A stretch of DNA of 61,765 bases from Candidatus Micrarchaeota archaeon (GTDB lineage Archaea > Micrarchaeota > Micrarchaeia > Micrarchaeales > CABMGC01), in NCBI GenBank assembly GCA_021848065.1, contig JAJZNA010000007.1, positions 1-61,765 of the forward strand, given 5' to 3'. A model generated the notes under the pieces. It worked only from the letters and a program-made list of their open reading frames with translations. It had not been told where the DNA came from and ran no database searches. The translations under genes were made by a program, and so were the position numbers. Every line of letters begins with the position of its first letter. The stretch's first letter is position 1. Below are positions 8,097 through 17,329 of the stretch, piece by piece.

Positions 8097-9125
8097 ATGC
8101 CTAGTATCTCAGAATACCAACGTGATCCAATGGTAATGTTGAAGACCGCGGCCCTTTTGGTCGTGGTGCTGCTTGTGCTAGGCTACGTAGTCATATCCAA
8201 TATATCAGCGGCAGCCTACTGGCTGAATTACATCCTCGATCCGGCAAAGGGGCTCTCGCTTGGGATGGTGCTTGTGATATCACTGATACTTGGGGTGCTC
8301 CACGGCGCTACTCCTGACGAGCATACCTGGCCAATCACATTCAGCTACGCAGTTGGGAGCTACAGCACCAAAGGCGGAGTTAAAGCGGGGCTTGCATTCT
8401 CATCGGGATTTACGGTACAAAGGGCGATACTTACTACCCTGGGGTTCCTGGGGCTGGCAGCGATATACAAGGAGTATAACCTTGACGGCCCGGTCTACGT
8501 GATAGTAGGCATAGCGATGACAATGGCGGGGGCGTACATACTCAACAAGGGGAAGTACATACACCTGCCTTTAGACAGGCTGCTGCATGGCAAGAAGCAC
8601 CACACGGAGACGGCAGAGAGAGTTCCGCTCCACGAGGCGGAGCTGAAGAAGGTGCCGCTCAGGATGGCGGTGGCTCACGGCCTTATAGCGGGCTGGGGAT
8701 TCGGACCGTATGCGGCGATAATAACATTCATACTTGCACCAAGGCTGCCTGGCCTCATATACGCTCCGCTTCCAGGGCTGTTTTTTGGCATAGGCACCAC
8801 AATAATGCAGATGATATTCGGGGCAATATTTGCAGGGCTTGCACGCATAAAGAACATAAGCGAGAATCAAGTGGCGCGTATAGGAAGGAAGACCGCAGGA
8901 AGGACGCTTTACTACGGAGGATTCATGTTTGCAATAATAGGCATACTTATAATCGCATTCCCGGCGCTTGACGCAATGGCGATAAACACAGGGCTAGTGA
9001 TACCGAACCTGGACTCGTTTGGCATGGCCACGATACTGGTGCTTGTGGTGGTTGGCGTTTTCGGGATAGGCAATCTTGCATACGGCATTATGCAGGTAAT
9101 GAAGCAGGAGAGAAGTGCGGCGTAA
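8097..9125 (+). CDS. Putative nickel/cobalt transporter (NiCoT/UreH-like)
   Basis: GVLHGATPDEHTW motif, His-rich loop, HGLIAG motif, about 8 TM; divergent from NikR-like gene. Confidence 0.75.
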   Translation: MPSISEYQRDPMVMLKTAALLVVVLLVLGYVVISNISAAAYWLNYILDPAKGLSLGMVLVISLILGVLHGATPDEHTWPITFSYAVGSYSTKGGVKAGLAFSSGFTVQRAILTTLGFLGLAAIYKEYNLDGPVYVIVGIAMTMAGAYILNKGKYIHLPLDRLLHGKKHHTETAERVPLHEAELKKVPLRMAVAHGLIAGWGFGPYAAIITFILAPRLPGLIYAPLPGLFFGIGTTIMQMIFGAIFAGLARIKNISENQVARIGRKTAGRTLYYGGFMFAIIGILIIAFPALDAMAINTGLVIPNLDSFGMATILVLVVVGVFGIGNLAYGIMQVMKQERSAA

Positions 9126-9129
9126 GCCA

Positions 9130-10596
9130 CTAGATGCTCACTTCCTCCTCGATCTTGGTTATCTTCTTGTTCTTCCCAAGTATCTCATCGACAAAAAGGG
9201 ACAGGACTATGGCTAGGACAAGGGTAATTATGCCTATGTAGAAGGAATATGCGAATGCCACCTTTGACTGGAACTCTGCTATTAGGAGGCCGGCTATAGG
9301 TGCGCCGAGTGCGCTTCCAACAAACCTGAAGACGGAGTTCATTGATGTCGCTATGCCCATATCGCGCTGCTCTATGCTGAGTACCAGCAAGTTTATCGTG
9401 GGTATGTTTATCATCGCTATGCCCATCCCTATCACAGCCTCTCCGATTATGCTGAACAGGGCGGTGGATGCGGTAAGGGATACTGCAAATCCGGCTATTC
9501 CCACAAGTCCCCCGATTATGAAGAATGGCTTGACCCCTATGCGAGGTATGTATCTTCCAAGCAGGGGAGCCACTATCACATTGACTATCGCAAATGGGGC
9601 CATGGCAAGGCCTGTCTGGAATATACTGTAGCCGAAACCTAGCGGAGGAGGCGACTCGAATAGGTATGCGAAGATCTGGTATGAGAAGAAAAATCCGAGA
9701 CCTGCTATCAATGTTATCAGATTGGCATTGAACACATTCCTGATGCCCAGAAGCTTTGCATTAAGTATGGGTTCGATCACTCTGCGTTCATAGAACACAG
9801 TGGATACGAGTATTGCTGTGCCGGCGGCTAGAAGGAAGATTATTGGGGCAGACGTCCACCCCATAGAAGTGCCTTCGGAGAGCGCAAAGACAATCATGGA
9901 CAATGAAGCAGCCATACCTATGGCACCCACATAGTCTATGGATACATTAGGCCTCGTGTACTTTGATTCGCGTATGTAGACCAGTATGAGTGCGGAGACT
10001 ATGGCAACCAGCGGCAGCGCGGTATGGTAGCTTACCTGCCAGCCATAAGCGTTGGATATGAATGACCCTAGAGGCAAGCCCACAGCGGAACCTATTCCGA
10101 ACATTGCCATTATTATGGAGAGCGATCTTGGCACAAGCTCCTTGGGGAACTCTTCCTGGATTAGGCTGATTAGGAGAGAAAATATAGTAAGTCCTATCCC
10201 CTGTATCGTTCTGGATAGGAGTATTATGGTGAAGTTGGGGGAAAAGCCAGTTATGCCCACTGCAATTACGTATATAGGCAACACATACTTCAGCATGCGC
10301 TTCTTGCCGTACACGTCGCCAAGTTTGCCGACCACTGGGCTGAGCGCCACGCCAGATACAAGATACATGGAGACTATAAGACTTGTCTCCGCCGCATTGG
10401 TGTGATACTCACGGCCTATGGCTGGAAGCGAAGGGATGAGCATGGTCTCTATGTAAAGCACAAGAATCGAGAATGCTGAAAACAGCAGTAAAGCCCTTGT
10501 GGTGTATTTTTTGTCGTACTTGTGTTGCTCGGTCAGGGTATCACAGTTTGGTAAGATGGATCTGCATTGCATGGATGATGGGCTGCTAGAAGCCAA
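9130..10596 (-). CDS. MFS transporter (DHA2-like, 14 TM)
   Basis: GKLGDVYGKKR motif A; LSRTIQGIG; start uncertain. Confidence 0.92.
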   Translation of the reverse strand: MASSSPSSMQCRSILPNCDTLTEQHKYDKKYTTRALLLFSAFSILVLYIETMLIPSLPAIGREYHTNAAETSLIVSMYLVSGVALSPVVGKLGDVYGKKRMLKYVLPIYVIAVGITGFSPNFTIILLSRTIQGIGLTIFSLLISLIQEEFPKELVPRSLSIIMAMFGIGSAVGLPLGSFISNAYGWQVSYHTALPLVAIVSALILVYIRESKYTRPNVSIDYVGAIGMAASLSMIVFALSEGTSMGWTSAPIIFLLAAGTAILVSTVFYERRVIEPILNAKLLGIRNVFNANLITLIAGLGFFFSYQIFAYLFESPPPLGFGYSIFQTGLAMAPFAIVNVIVAPLLGRYIPRIGVKPFFIIGGLVGIAGFAVSLTASTALFSIIGEAVIGMGIAMINIPTINLLVLSIEQRDMGIATSMNSVFRFVGSALGAPIAGLLIAEFQSKVAFAYSFYIGIITLVLAIVLSLFVDEILGKNKKITKIEEEVSI

Positions 10597-11194
10597 GGCG
10601 CTCCTTGACGAACACCAGCTTTATGCGACCCGGCCTCTCCTTTTCGAATATTAGGACCTTGTTTACGCTGCTTCCAGACATGCTCGGGTATACCTTCCTT
10701 ATCCTCTCGCTTTCCAGGGGAAGTATGTATTCGTACAGCCTTTTCATCGCGTCGTCGAGGTTACGCACTATCTTCTGCGTCCCTACAACCCAGATCACGT
10801 GCTTAGAGCTGTATGTATAGAATGGGAGCTGGCTGCCGCTTCCTGATGCCACGAGGACCTGGCCATCCTGGGTGACAGCATGTACGCTCCCAACAACATA
10901 CTCTGAGTGTGAGGATTTTCTTCTTGCCTCAGCCCTTTGGGCATCATCATTTAGGGACATCACGGCCTTCTTTACGGACACGTAATCGCCATTCTCTATC
11001 TCTGATGATATTCCAGTCTCGTCCAGCGTGACAGAGCTGACAGCCATTACCTCTGCGCCCTTGGGTATGAGCGACATCACCTTTCTCTTCGCATCTTCGC
11101 TGCTGTTGGCTATTATTACCTCTATTCCCCTTGACTCAAGTGACTTTGAGGTCCTTTCCAGCTCTTCTTCTGACGCAATATTATTCCACACCAT
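10586..11194 (-). CDS. LUD-domain (LutC/YkgG-like) protein
   Basis: GSVHAVTQDG, VVGTQKIV, LVFVKERLGF. Confidence 0.85.
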   Translation of the reverse strand: MVWNNIASEEELERTSKSLESRGIEVIIANSSEDAKRKVMSLIPKGAEVMAVSSVTLDETGISSEIENGDYVSVKKAVMSLNDDAQRAEARRKSSHSEYVVGSVHAVTQDGQVLVASGSGSQLPFYTYSSKHVIWVVGTQKIVRNLDDAMKRLYEYILPLESERIRKVYPSMSGSSVNKVLIFEKERPGRIKLVFVKERLGF

Positions 11195-11370
11195 CTGACC
11201 ACAATGAAATAGTAGCAACATCTACCCAACAGAGATATATAAATGTATAGGATAGCCTATAATTTCTGAGAGGGGTGTTGTTTATATTTACCTGAGGAGA
11301 CATCATAAGTACAACGGTGCTACTATTGGAGTGCAAATGCGCAACAGAGGCTCCCGTAAGGGTGGCATGA

Positions 11371-11862
11371 ATGGCTGAAGTCTATCTTGCCCTGGGAGCA
11401 AATGTAGGGGATACTAGAGCAAATCTGAAAAAGGCAATAGACCTGCTAGGAAAGGAGGTAACCCTGTCAAGATTCTCGCAGCTTTACATCACCAGGCCCG
11501 CTGGGTATATGGAGCAGGGTAATTTCATGAACATGGCAGTTGGGGGGCGGACAGATTTGGAGCCGCATGCGCTTCTGAAGTTTGTAAAGAGAATCGAAGT
11601 GGAAGTGGGCCGGGTCAAGAGATTCAGGAACGGCCCCAGGGAGATAGACATAGACATAATACTGTACGGAAACACAGTATGCAAAGATTCGGAGCTGGAG
11701 ATTCCGCACCCAAGATTTCATGAGCGCGACTTTGTTCTCAGGCCACTCATGGACATAGACCCTTCTTTATACCACCAGGTGCTCATGAAGACGGTGGAAC
11801 AGCTTTATTCCAGGATAAGTAAGGAAGACACTTTCATAATAGCATGTGTAGGGGACTTGTGA
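11371..11862 (+). CDS. folK: 6-hydroxymethyl-7,8-dihydropterin pyrophosphokinase (bacterial type)
   Basis: YLALGANVGD, RNGPREIDIDIILY, PHPRFHERDFVLRPL. Confidence 0.95.
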   Translation: MAEVYLALGANVGDTRANLKKAIDLLGKEVTLSRFSQLYITRPAGYMEQGNFMNMAVGGRTDLEPHALLKFVKRIEVEVGRVKRFRNGPREIDIDIILYGNTVCKDSELEIPHPRFHERDFVLRPLMDIDPSLYHQVLMKTVEQLYSRISKEDTFIIACVGDL

Positions 11863-11869
11863 TGGTTGC

Positions 11870-12772
11870 ATGAAGATAGGAATAATACGCACTTACGAGA
11901 TAGATTACAACAAAGGGGATATAGATGACCTCAGGAACGCGATAAAGGACAGCGGGCACGAGACATGCGACATATATGTTGACAAGATAGGCGTAAGCAT
12001 TGGGGGAATAGGGATAGGCCTCGAACAGATGTTGGACAAGAAGGTGCCTGAAGAGATAGACGCAGATGCATCCTTCCTAAGACATCTTGGAATGCCTAAG
12101 GACCTGGAGCAGTTCAGCTTCAGGCTCTGGGCAGTCAAAGCCATGGAGGAAAAAGGGATATTAGTAATGAATGAGGTTGTAAACTGGCTCCTTGCAAGCG
12201 ACAAGCTTGCATCGTATGTGGCTCTAGCTAAGAGAGGCATACCACTTCCAAGAACGTTTGCCACCGAGGATTCTTTTGCCGCATACAATGCCGCTGGAAA
12301 AATGGATGAGATGGTCATAAAACAGATGCGGGGGGCTATGGGATTTGGAGTGTTCAGGGTTGGAGATCCGGATTTCGCTATGCATGTGTTCGGCTACCTT
12401 ACCAATATGAACAAGCCAATATACATGCAGAAGTATCTTGAGAAGAAGGGCGGCGGGGACTATAGGGTGGTAGTGGTAGGAGGTGAGGCTCTTGGCGCGG
12501 AGTTCAGGAAGGGAATCGACTGGAAATCCAATGTTGCACAGGGTGCGAGCGTGTCAGCTGCGAAGATGGATGATGATATGAGGGAGATGGCCATAAGGTC
12601 CTGCGAGGTGCTGGGGCTTGAATGCGCGGGCATAGATATAGCGCTTACAGAGGACGGATACAAAGTACTGGATGTCAACCCCACCTTCTCGTGGCAGGGA
12701 TTCCGTAAGGCCACTGGCATTGATGTGTCCGCACACATAATAAGGCACCTCGTGGACAGGGCGAAAGGCTGA
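11870..12772 (+). CDS. RimK/LysX/MptN-family ATP-grasp amino-acid ligase
   Basis: ASDKL, GDYRVVVVGG, WKSNVAQG, AGIDI, DVNPT. Confidence 0.9.
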   Translation: MKIGIIRTYEIDYNKGDIDDLRNAIKDSGHETCDIYVDKIGVSIGGIGIGLEQMLDKKVPEEIDADASFLRHLGMPKDLEQFSFRLWAVKAMEEKGILVMNEVVNWLLASDKLASYVALAKRGIPLPRTFATEDSFAAYNAAGKMDEMVIKQMRGAMGFGVFRVGDPDFAMHVFGYLTNMNKPIYMQKYLEKKGGGDYRVVVVGGEALGAEFRKGIDWKSNVAQGASVSAAKMDDDMREMAIRSCEVLGLECAGIDIALTEDGYKVLDVNPTFSWQGFRKATGIDVSAHIIRHLVDRAKG

Positions 12773-12777
12773 GAAGA

Positions 12778-13605
12778 ATGATGCGCGAATGCCTGGAAGT
12801 GATGGAAATAGCCAAGGCAGCTGGAGAAGCCATAATGTCGCACTATGGCAAGGAGCTGAATATAGTGTCCAAAAGCAAGAAGGAGTTCGACCCGGTGACT
12901 GATGCGGATCTTGAAGCGGACAGGTGCATTTCAGGCCGTCTAGAGGCCAAGTTCCCCGGAATGCCGATACTGTCCGAAGAGAGCAAGCATGGAAGCATAG
13001 ACTATACGGGCAAGGTATGGGTGGTGGACCCGCTGGACGGTACAAAGGAGTTCATAAGGCACGGAAAGGATTTCAGCGTGATGATAGGATTGGTGGATGG
13101 GGGTGTGCCTTTGCTAGGGGTAGTATACGCACCGGCTGCGGGAAAAATGTATTACGCTTATCGTGGCGCAGGGGCCTATCTCAAGGAACGTGGAAGGGAT
13201 GGGAGGATAAATGTTAGCGGCGTGTCCTCCCTTGACCATGCCAGGCAGATAGTGCGTGCAGGCTACACCAGAAAGAACATGCTTGATGCATTCGTGGGGG
13301 GGCTAGCTGTTGGGAAGTCATTGGAGAAGAGCAGCATAGGGCTTAGGCTCTGCGCGTTGGCTGCAGGGGATGCCGACATGTACATCAACACCAACAAATC
13401 CAACAAGTGGGACACCGCAGCCGGAGAGGTTATACTTTCTGAGGCTGGAGGCGTTATCACGGATTTTGACAGCAAAAGGCTTGACTATGGGAAGGAAGGC
13501 AGTGCGTGGGAAAGGTCTTTTATAGCCTCCAATACAGCATTGCATGGAAAGCTGATGGAGCTGCTGCCCGGAGATGCGCTTGCGATGATGTCGCAGAAGA
13601 TGTGA
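12778..13605 (+). CDS. cysQ: CysQ-like 3'(2'),5'-bisphosphate nucleotidase (IMPase family)
   Basis: PVTDAD, ILSEE, WVVDPLDGTKEF, WDTAAG. Confidence 0.85.
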   Translation: MMRECLEVMEIAKAAGEAIMSHYGKELNIVSKSKKEFDPVTDADLEADRCISGRLEAKFPGMPILSEESKHGSIDYTGKVWVVDPLDGTKEFIRHGKDFSVMIGLVDGGVPLLGVVYAPAAGKMYYAYRGAGAYLKERGRDGRINVSGVSSLDHARQIVRAGYTRKNMLDAFVGGLAVGKSLEKSSIGLRLCALAAGDADMYINTNKSNKWDTAAGEVILSEAGGVITDFDSKRLDYGKEGSAWERSFIASNTALHGKLMELLPGDALAMMSQKM

Positions 13606-13609
13606 CAGG

Positions 13610-13912
13610 CTAAGCATATTTCTTAGCCAAGTCAGTTATAACAGGTATGGACACATCCTCGTTTATTGATGCCATGTATCCCACATAAAGGCCGTACAGC
13701 CACAGTATTATGTTGAACGGGAAGTTGATGTAAGGTATGAATGCAATTATTATGCCAAGTATGCCTAGCATTATGGCCTGGATGGAATGGCGTTTCTTCC
13801 TCTTGTCGTTTCCTGAGAGGAAGAAGAAGATTATACCGGATAGCCACGTTAGTAAATATATTACAACATAGATGAAATCTGCGTGTCTTGTCTTGCTTGG
13901 CATGCTAACCAT
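13610..13912 (-). CDS. Small membrane protein (DUF4870-like)
   Basis: YLLTWLSGIIFF...HSIQA...IPVITDLAKK, 3 TM. Confidence 0.8.
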   Translation of the reverse strand: MVSMPSKTRHADFIYVVIYLLTWLSGIIFFFLSGNDKRKKRHSIQAIMLGILGIIIAFIPYINFPFNIILWLYGLYVGYMASINEDVSIPVITDLAKKYA

Positions 13913-14050
13913 AATTATGGCCTCTGATAGGTTATTATAGGTTTAGCTGATGTGGCGATGAAACTGCGTCGGATGGCGCCGCAATCAGTATTATTAAGTT
14001 TGGATGCGATAGCCACATAACAATGCGGCATTTGGCAGCTTGGTGGCACT

Positions 14051-14899
14051 ATGGAAGGAAGGATATTGGACGGAAAAGCCATGTCTGAAGTAATCCTCGG
14101 CAGGCTAGACGGTGAAGTGAAGTCGCTGCGCCGTAAGGGAATTGTTCCAAAGCTCGTGGTAATACAGGTTGGCGATGACCCTGCATCTACGATATATGTC
14201 AACAAGAAGCATAAGGCATGCCTGAGGCTTGGAATAGAGTCCGAGATAAAGCACCTTCCTGAAGAGACAAGATATGAGGACCTAATCGATGCGATAGTGA
14301 AGCTTAACAATGATGATAGCGTACATGGAATCCTTGTGCAGCTCCCATTGCCAGAGCACCTGAGCCATAAAGGGGTGCTCGAAGCTGTTGATCCTGCAAA
14401 GGACGTTGACGGCCTGAACCCATACAACCACGGTAAGAACCTGCTGGGCAAGGAGTGCTTCCAGCCGGCCACTCCCCGAGGCATAATAAGCTTGATAGAG
14501 TCTACTAAAACGGAGTTGGAAGGCATTAACGCGGTGGTCATAGGCCGCAGCAACATAGTAGGCAAGCCGACTGCGATAATGCTTCTAAACAGGGGATGCA
14601 CAGTCACAGTATGCCACAGCAAGACAAGGAATCTATCGGATTTCACCCAGAAGGCCGACCTGCTGATAGTGGCTGCAGGAAAGCCAGGCCTGGTGAAGGC
14701 TCACATGGTGAAGAATGGAGCCATAGTCATAGATGTAGGCATAAACAGGCTTGAAGGAGGTAAGATAGTGGGGGATGTGGACTTTGATGAGGTAAGGAAA
14801 AAAGCCGCATGGATAACCCCAGTGCCTGGGGGAGTTGGACCTATGACTATAGCAAGCCTTATGGAGAATACCATAAGGGCGTGCAGGGAATACGCATGA
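14051..14899 (+). CDS. folD: Methylene-THF dehydrogenase/cyclohydrolase
   Basis: YVNKK, HGILVQLPLP, KDVDG, GRSNIVGKP, TPVPGGVGPMT. Confidence 0.97.
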   Translation: MEGRILDGKAMSEVILGRLDGEVKSLRRKGIVPKLVVIQVGDDPASTIYVNKKHKACLRLGIESEIKHLPEETRYEDLIDAIVKLNNDDSVHGILVQLPLPEHLSHKGVLEAVDPAKDVDGLNPYNHGKNLLGKECFQPATPRGIISLIESTKTELEGINAVVIGRSNIVGKPTAIMLLNRGCTVTVCHSKTRNLSDFTQKADLLIVAAGKPGLVKAHMVKNGAIVIDVGINRLEGGKIVGDVDFDEVRKKAAWITPVPGGVGPMTIASLMENTIRACREYA

Positions 14900-15507
14900 A
14901 ACTGAAGATAGCCGCACTCGGATCCACGAGAGGGACTGATCTCCAGGCAGTTATGGATGCCATTTCAATGCACGAGCTCGATGCCGAGATAGTGCTTGTG
15001 GCTTCTGACAGAAAGGATGCATACATACTAGAACGCGCTGAAAAGGCAGGGCTGCGCACATTCTATGTTGACTATAAAGGGTTTGGGTCGAAGGCCGACG
15101 CTGAGGAGGCGCTTGTCGGCGAGCTGAAGGCATCAGGGGCACAGCTGGTGCTGCTGATAGGCTTCATGAAGATACTGACCCCTTACTTCATAGGCGAATT
15201 CAGGGGCAGGATATGGAACGTGCACCCCAGCCTTCTTCCGAAGTATGCTGCGGGAATGGACATGGGCGTGCATGAACAGGTCCTTGCACACAATGAGGCT
15301 GAGAGCGGATGCACACTGCATGAAGTGGACGAGGGGGTTGATACCGGAAGGATACTAATGCAGAAGAGATGCAGCATAGAGCCCGGTGAAAGCGTGCAGA
15401 GCCTGAAAGAGAAGGTGCAGGCACTGGAACAACAGTGCCTTGTGGCAGGCATAAGAATGGCATGCGAGGGGAAGATTAAGCTTGGAGAGAGCCTCAAATC
15501 CGTATAA
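14896..15507 (+). CDS. purN: Phosphoribosylglycinamide formyltransferase
   Basis: GSTRGTDLQA, NVHPSLLP, GCTLHEVDEGVDTG; ATGA overlap with folD. Confidence 0.95.
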   Translation: MKLKIAALGSTRGTDLQAVMDAISMHELDAEIVLVASDRKDAYILERAEKAGLRTFYVDYKGFGSKADAEEALVGELKASGAQLVLLIGFMKILTPYFIGEFRGRIWNVHPSLLPKYAAGMDMGVHEQVLAHNEAESGCTLHEVDEGVDTGRILMQKRCSIEPGESVQSLKEKVQALEQQCLVAGIRMACEGKIKLGESLKSV

Positions 15508-16045
15508 CCCTCTTCTCGGTAACAATGAAGTCCATCTTAACGTCATGCGCTTCGGGTTCCAGCCTGTCAACAACCTGGAAGTCGTATGCCAACCCTATCT
15601 TTACAGCGCCGGAGCATTCTGAAAGGAAGCGATCATAATGGCCGCTTCCCCACCCGACCCTATTGCCATTAATGTCGAAAGCAACTCCAGGCACGATGTA
15701 TGTGCCTATGGACCCCTTATCTGCGAACGCTTTGGAATTTGGCTCTCTGGGCCCTTTATCCGAAGGGGTTGCATCTTTAAGGGAAGCCATCTTGGCGAAC
15801 TTGAGGCCACCGTCCAATACCAGTGGTGCAAATGCCTTCCTTCCAGATTCTGAGATATAACTTAACAGCATCTCTGCCGCAACCTCGTTCCTGAAGGACA
15901 GGTATATGCCTATTGAACCTGAATTTGAGACCTGTGGCAGCGAAAGGGCTTTTGAGCATATGTCCAGGCTCAGGACGTGCACTTCGGATAGAAGCATTGC
16001 ATCGCGTGCACCTATTATCCTGCTGCGTATAGACTTCTTATCCAA
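15494..16045 (-). CDS. 5-formyltetrahydrofolate cyclo-ligase
   Basis: VPGVAFD...RVGWGSGHYDRFL; HDVKMDFIVTE. Confidence 0.93.
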   Translation of the reverse strand: MDKKSIRSRIIGARDAMLLSEVHVLSLDICSKALSLPQVSNSGSIGIYLSFRNEVAAEMLLSYISESGRKAFAPLVLDGGLKFAKMASLKDATPSDKGPREPNSKAFADKGSIGTYIVPGVAFDINGNRVGWGSGHYDRFLSECSGAVKIGLAYDFQVVDRLEPEAHDVKMDFIVTEKRVIRI

Positions 16046-16049
16046 TATA

Positions 16050-17318
16050 TCAAACCCTTGCCAGCGCAGCCTTTCCTATGTCCTTGCGGTAGTGCATCCC
16101 TTCAAAGCTTATGCAGGATACTCCGAAATATGCCTTCTTTATAGCATCCTCAATAGATGCCCCTACGCCGGTGACTGCGAGGACTCGGCCGCCGCTTGTG
16201 ACAAGCCTTCCTGCGGACATTGAGGTGCCGGCATGGAAGACGGTGACCCCATCCATCCTGCTGGCCTCATCAACCCCAGTTATGGCCTTGCCCTTATCAT
16301 ACTTATCAGGATAACCTTTGGAAGCAAGGATCACGCAGCATGCAGCACCTTGCTTCCATTTCACATCAGTCTCCCCAAGCCTGCCATCTATACAGGCCTG
16401 CATTATCTCCACAAGGTCACTGTCCAGAAGAGACAAGACAGGCTGTGCCTCTGGATCTCCGAAACGGGAATTGAATTCCAGAACCTTGAAATCGCCATCA
16501 CTTATCATGAGCCCAGCGTATAGCACCCCGATGTAAGGCGTGCCTGCCTTTGACATCTCCTCCAGTGCTGGCACGAAGACCTGTTCATGTATCCTATTCT
16601 CCAGCCCTTGGGCTATTGGAGTAGGGGCATAAGCACCCATACCTCCAGTGTTCTTTCCTTTGTCACCATCGAATATCCTCTTGTGGTCCTGGCTTGGCAG
16701 CATCAGCTTGGCCACCTTGCCATCACAGAACGCAAGCATGCTTGCCTCCTCTCCCTTCAGGAGTTCCTCTATCACTATGGTCTTGCCTGCGTCTCCGAAC
16801 AGCCCAGGCTGCCTTAGAGTCTTTACGGCCTCGAGTATCTCCCCGGGAGTGTTGCATATTATAACGCCCTTGCCTGCTGCAAGGCCGTCGGCCTTGACCG
16901 CAGCCATCTGGAAATCATTGGCAGCCTTCTCGGCCTCTTCAATGCTGTTTATTACCATGTAGCGCGCGGTAGGTATCCCTGCCGAAGCCATGAACCTCTT
17001 GGCGAATGCCTTTGAGCTCTCCAGGCGAGCAGCGGATCCGCTGGGACCGAATATCCTTAATCCATGTGACTTGAAAAGATCCACTATGCCCTGGGCGATG
17101 GGTGCGTCTGGGCCTACCACGGTAAGGTCTATGCCCTCCTTCTCGGCAAATGCGAGAAGGCCGTCAAGGTCTTCTGCCTTTATGTCCACATTCTGCGCGA
17201 TCTCACCTGTGCCGGCGTTCCCTGGAGCGCAATATAGCTTGTCAACGTGCTTGCTCTGAGATATCTTCCAGCATAGCGCATGTTCCCTTCCGCCCGAGCC
17301 GATTACTAGTGCCTTCAT
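16050..17318 (-). CDS. purD: Phosphoribosylamine-glycine ligase
   Basis: GSGGREHAL, KADGLAAGKGV, NTGGMGAY, EFNSRFGDPE. Confidence 0.97.
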   Translation of the reverse strand: MKALVIGSGGREHALCWKISQSKHVDKLYCAPGNAGTGEIAQNVDIKAEDLDGLLAFAEKEGIDLTVVGPDAPIAQGIVDLFKSHGLRIFGPSGSAARLESSKAFAKRFMASAGIPTARYMVINSIEEAEKAANDFQMAAVKADGLAAGKGVIICNTPGEILEAVKTLRQPGLFGDAGKTIVIEELLKGEEASMLAFCDGKVAKLMLPSQDHKRIFDGDKGKNTGGMGAYAPTPIAQGLENRIHEQVFVPALEEMSKAGTPYIGVLYAGLMISDGDFKVLEFNSRFGDPEAQPVLSLLDSDLVEIMQACIDGRLGETDVKWKQGAACCVILASKGYPDKYDKGKAITGVDEASRMDGVTVFHAGTSMSAGRLVTSGGRVLAVTGVGASIEDAIKKAYFGVSCISFEGMHYRKDIGKAALARV

Positions 17319-17329
17319 TGCATCACAAT

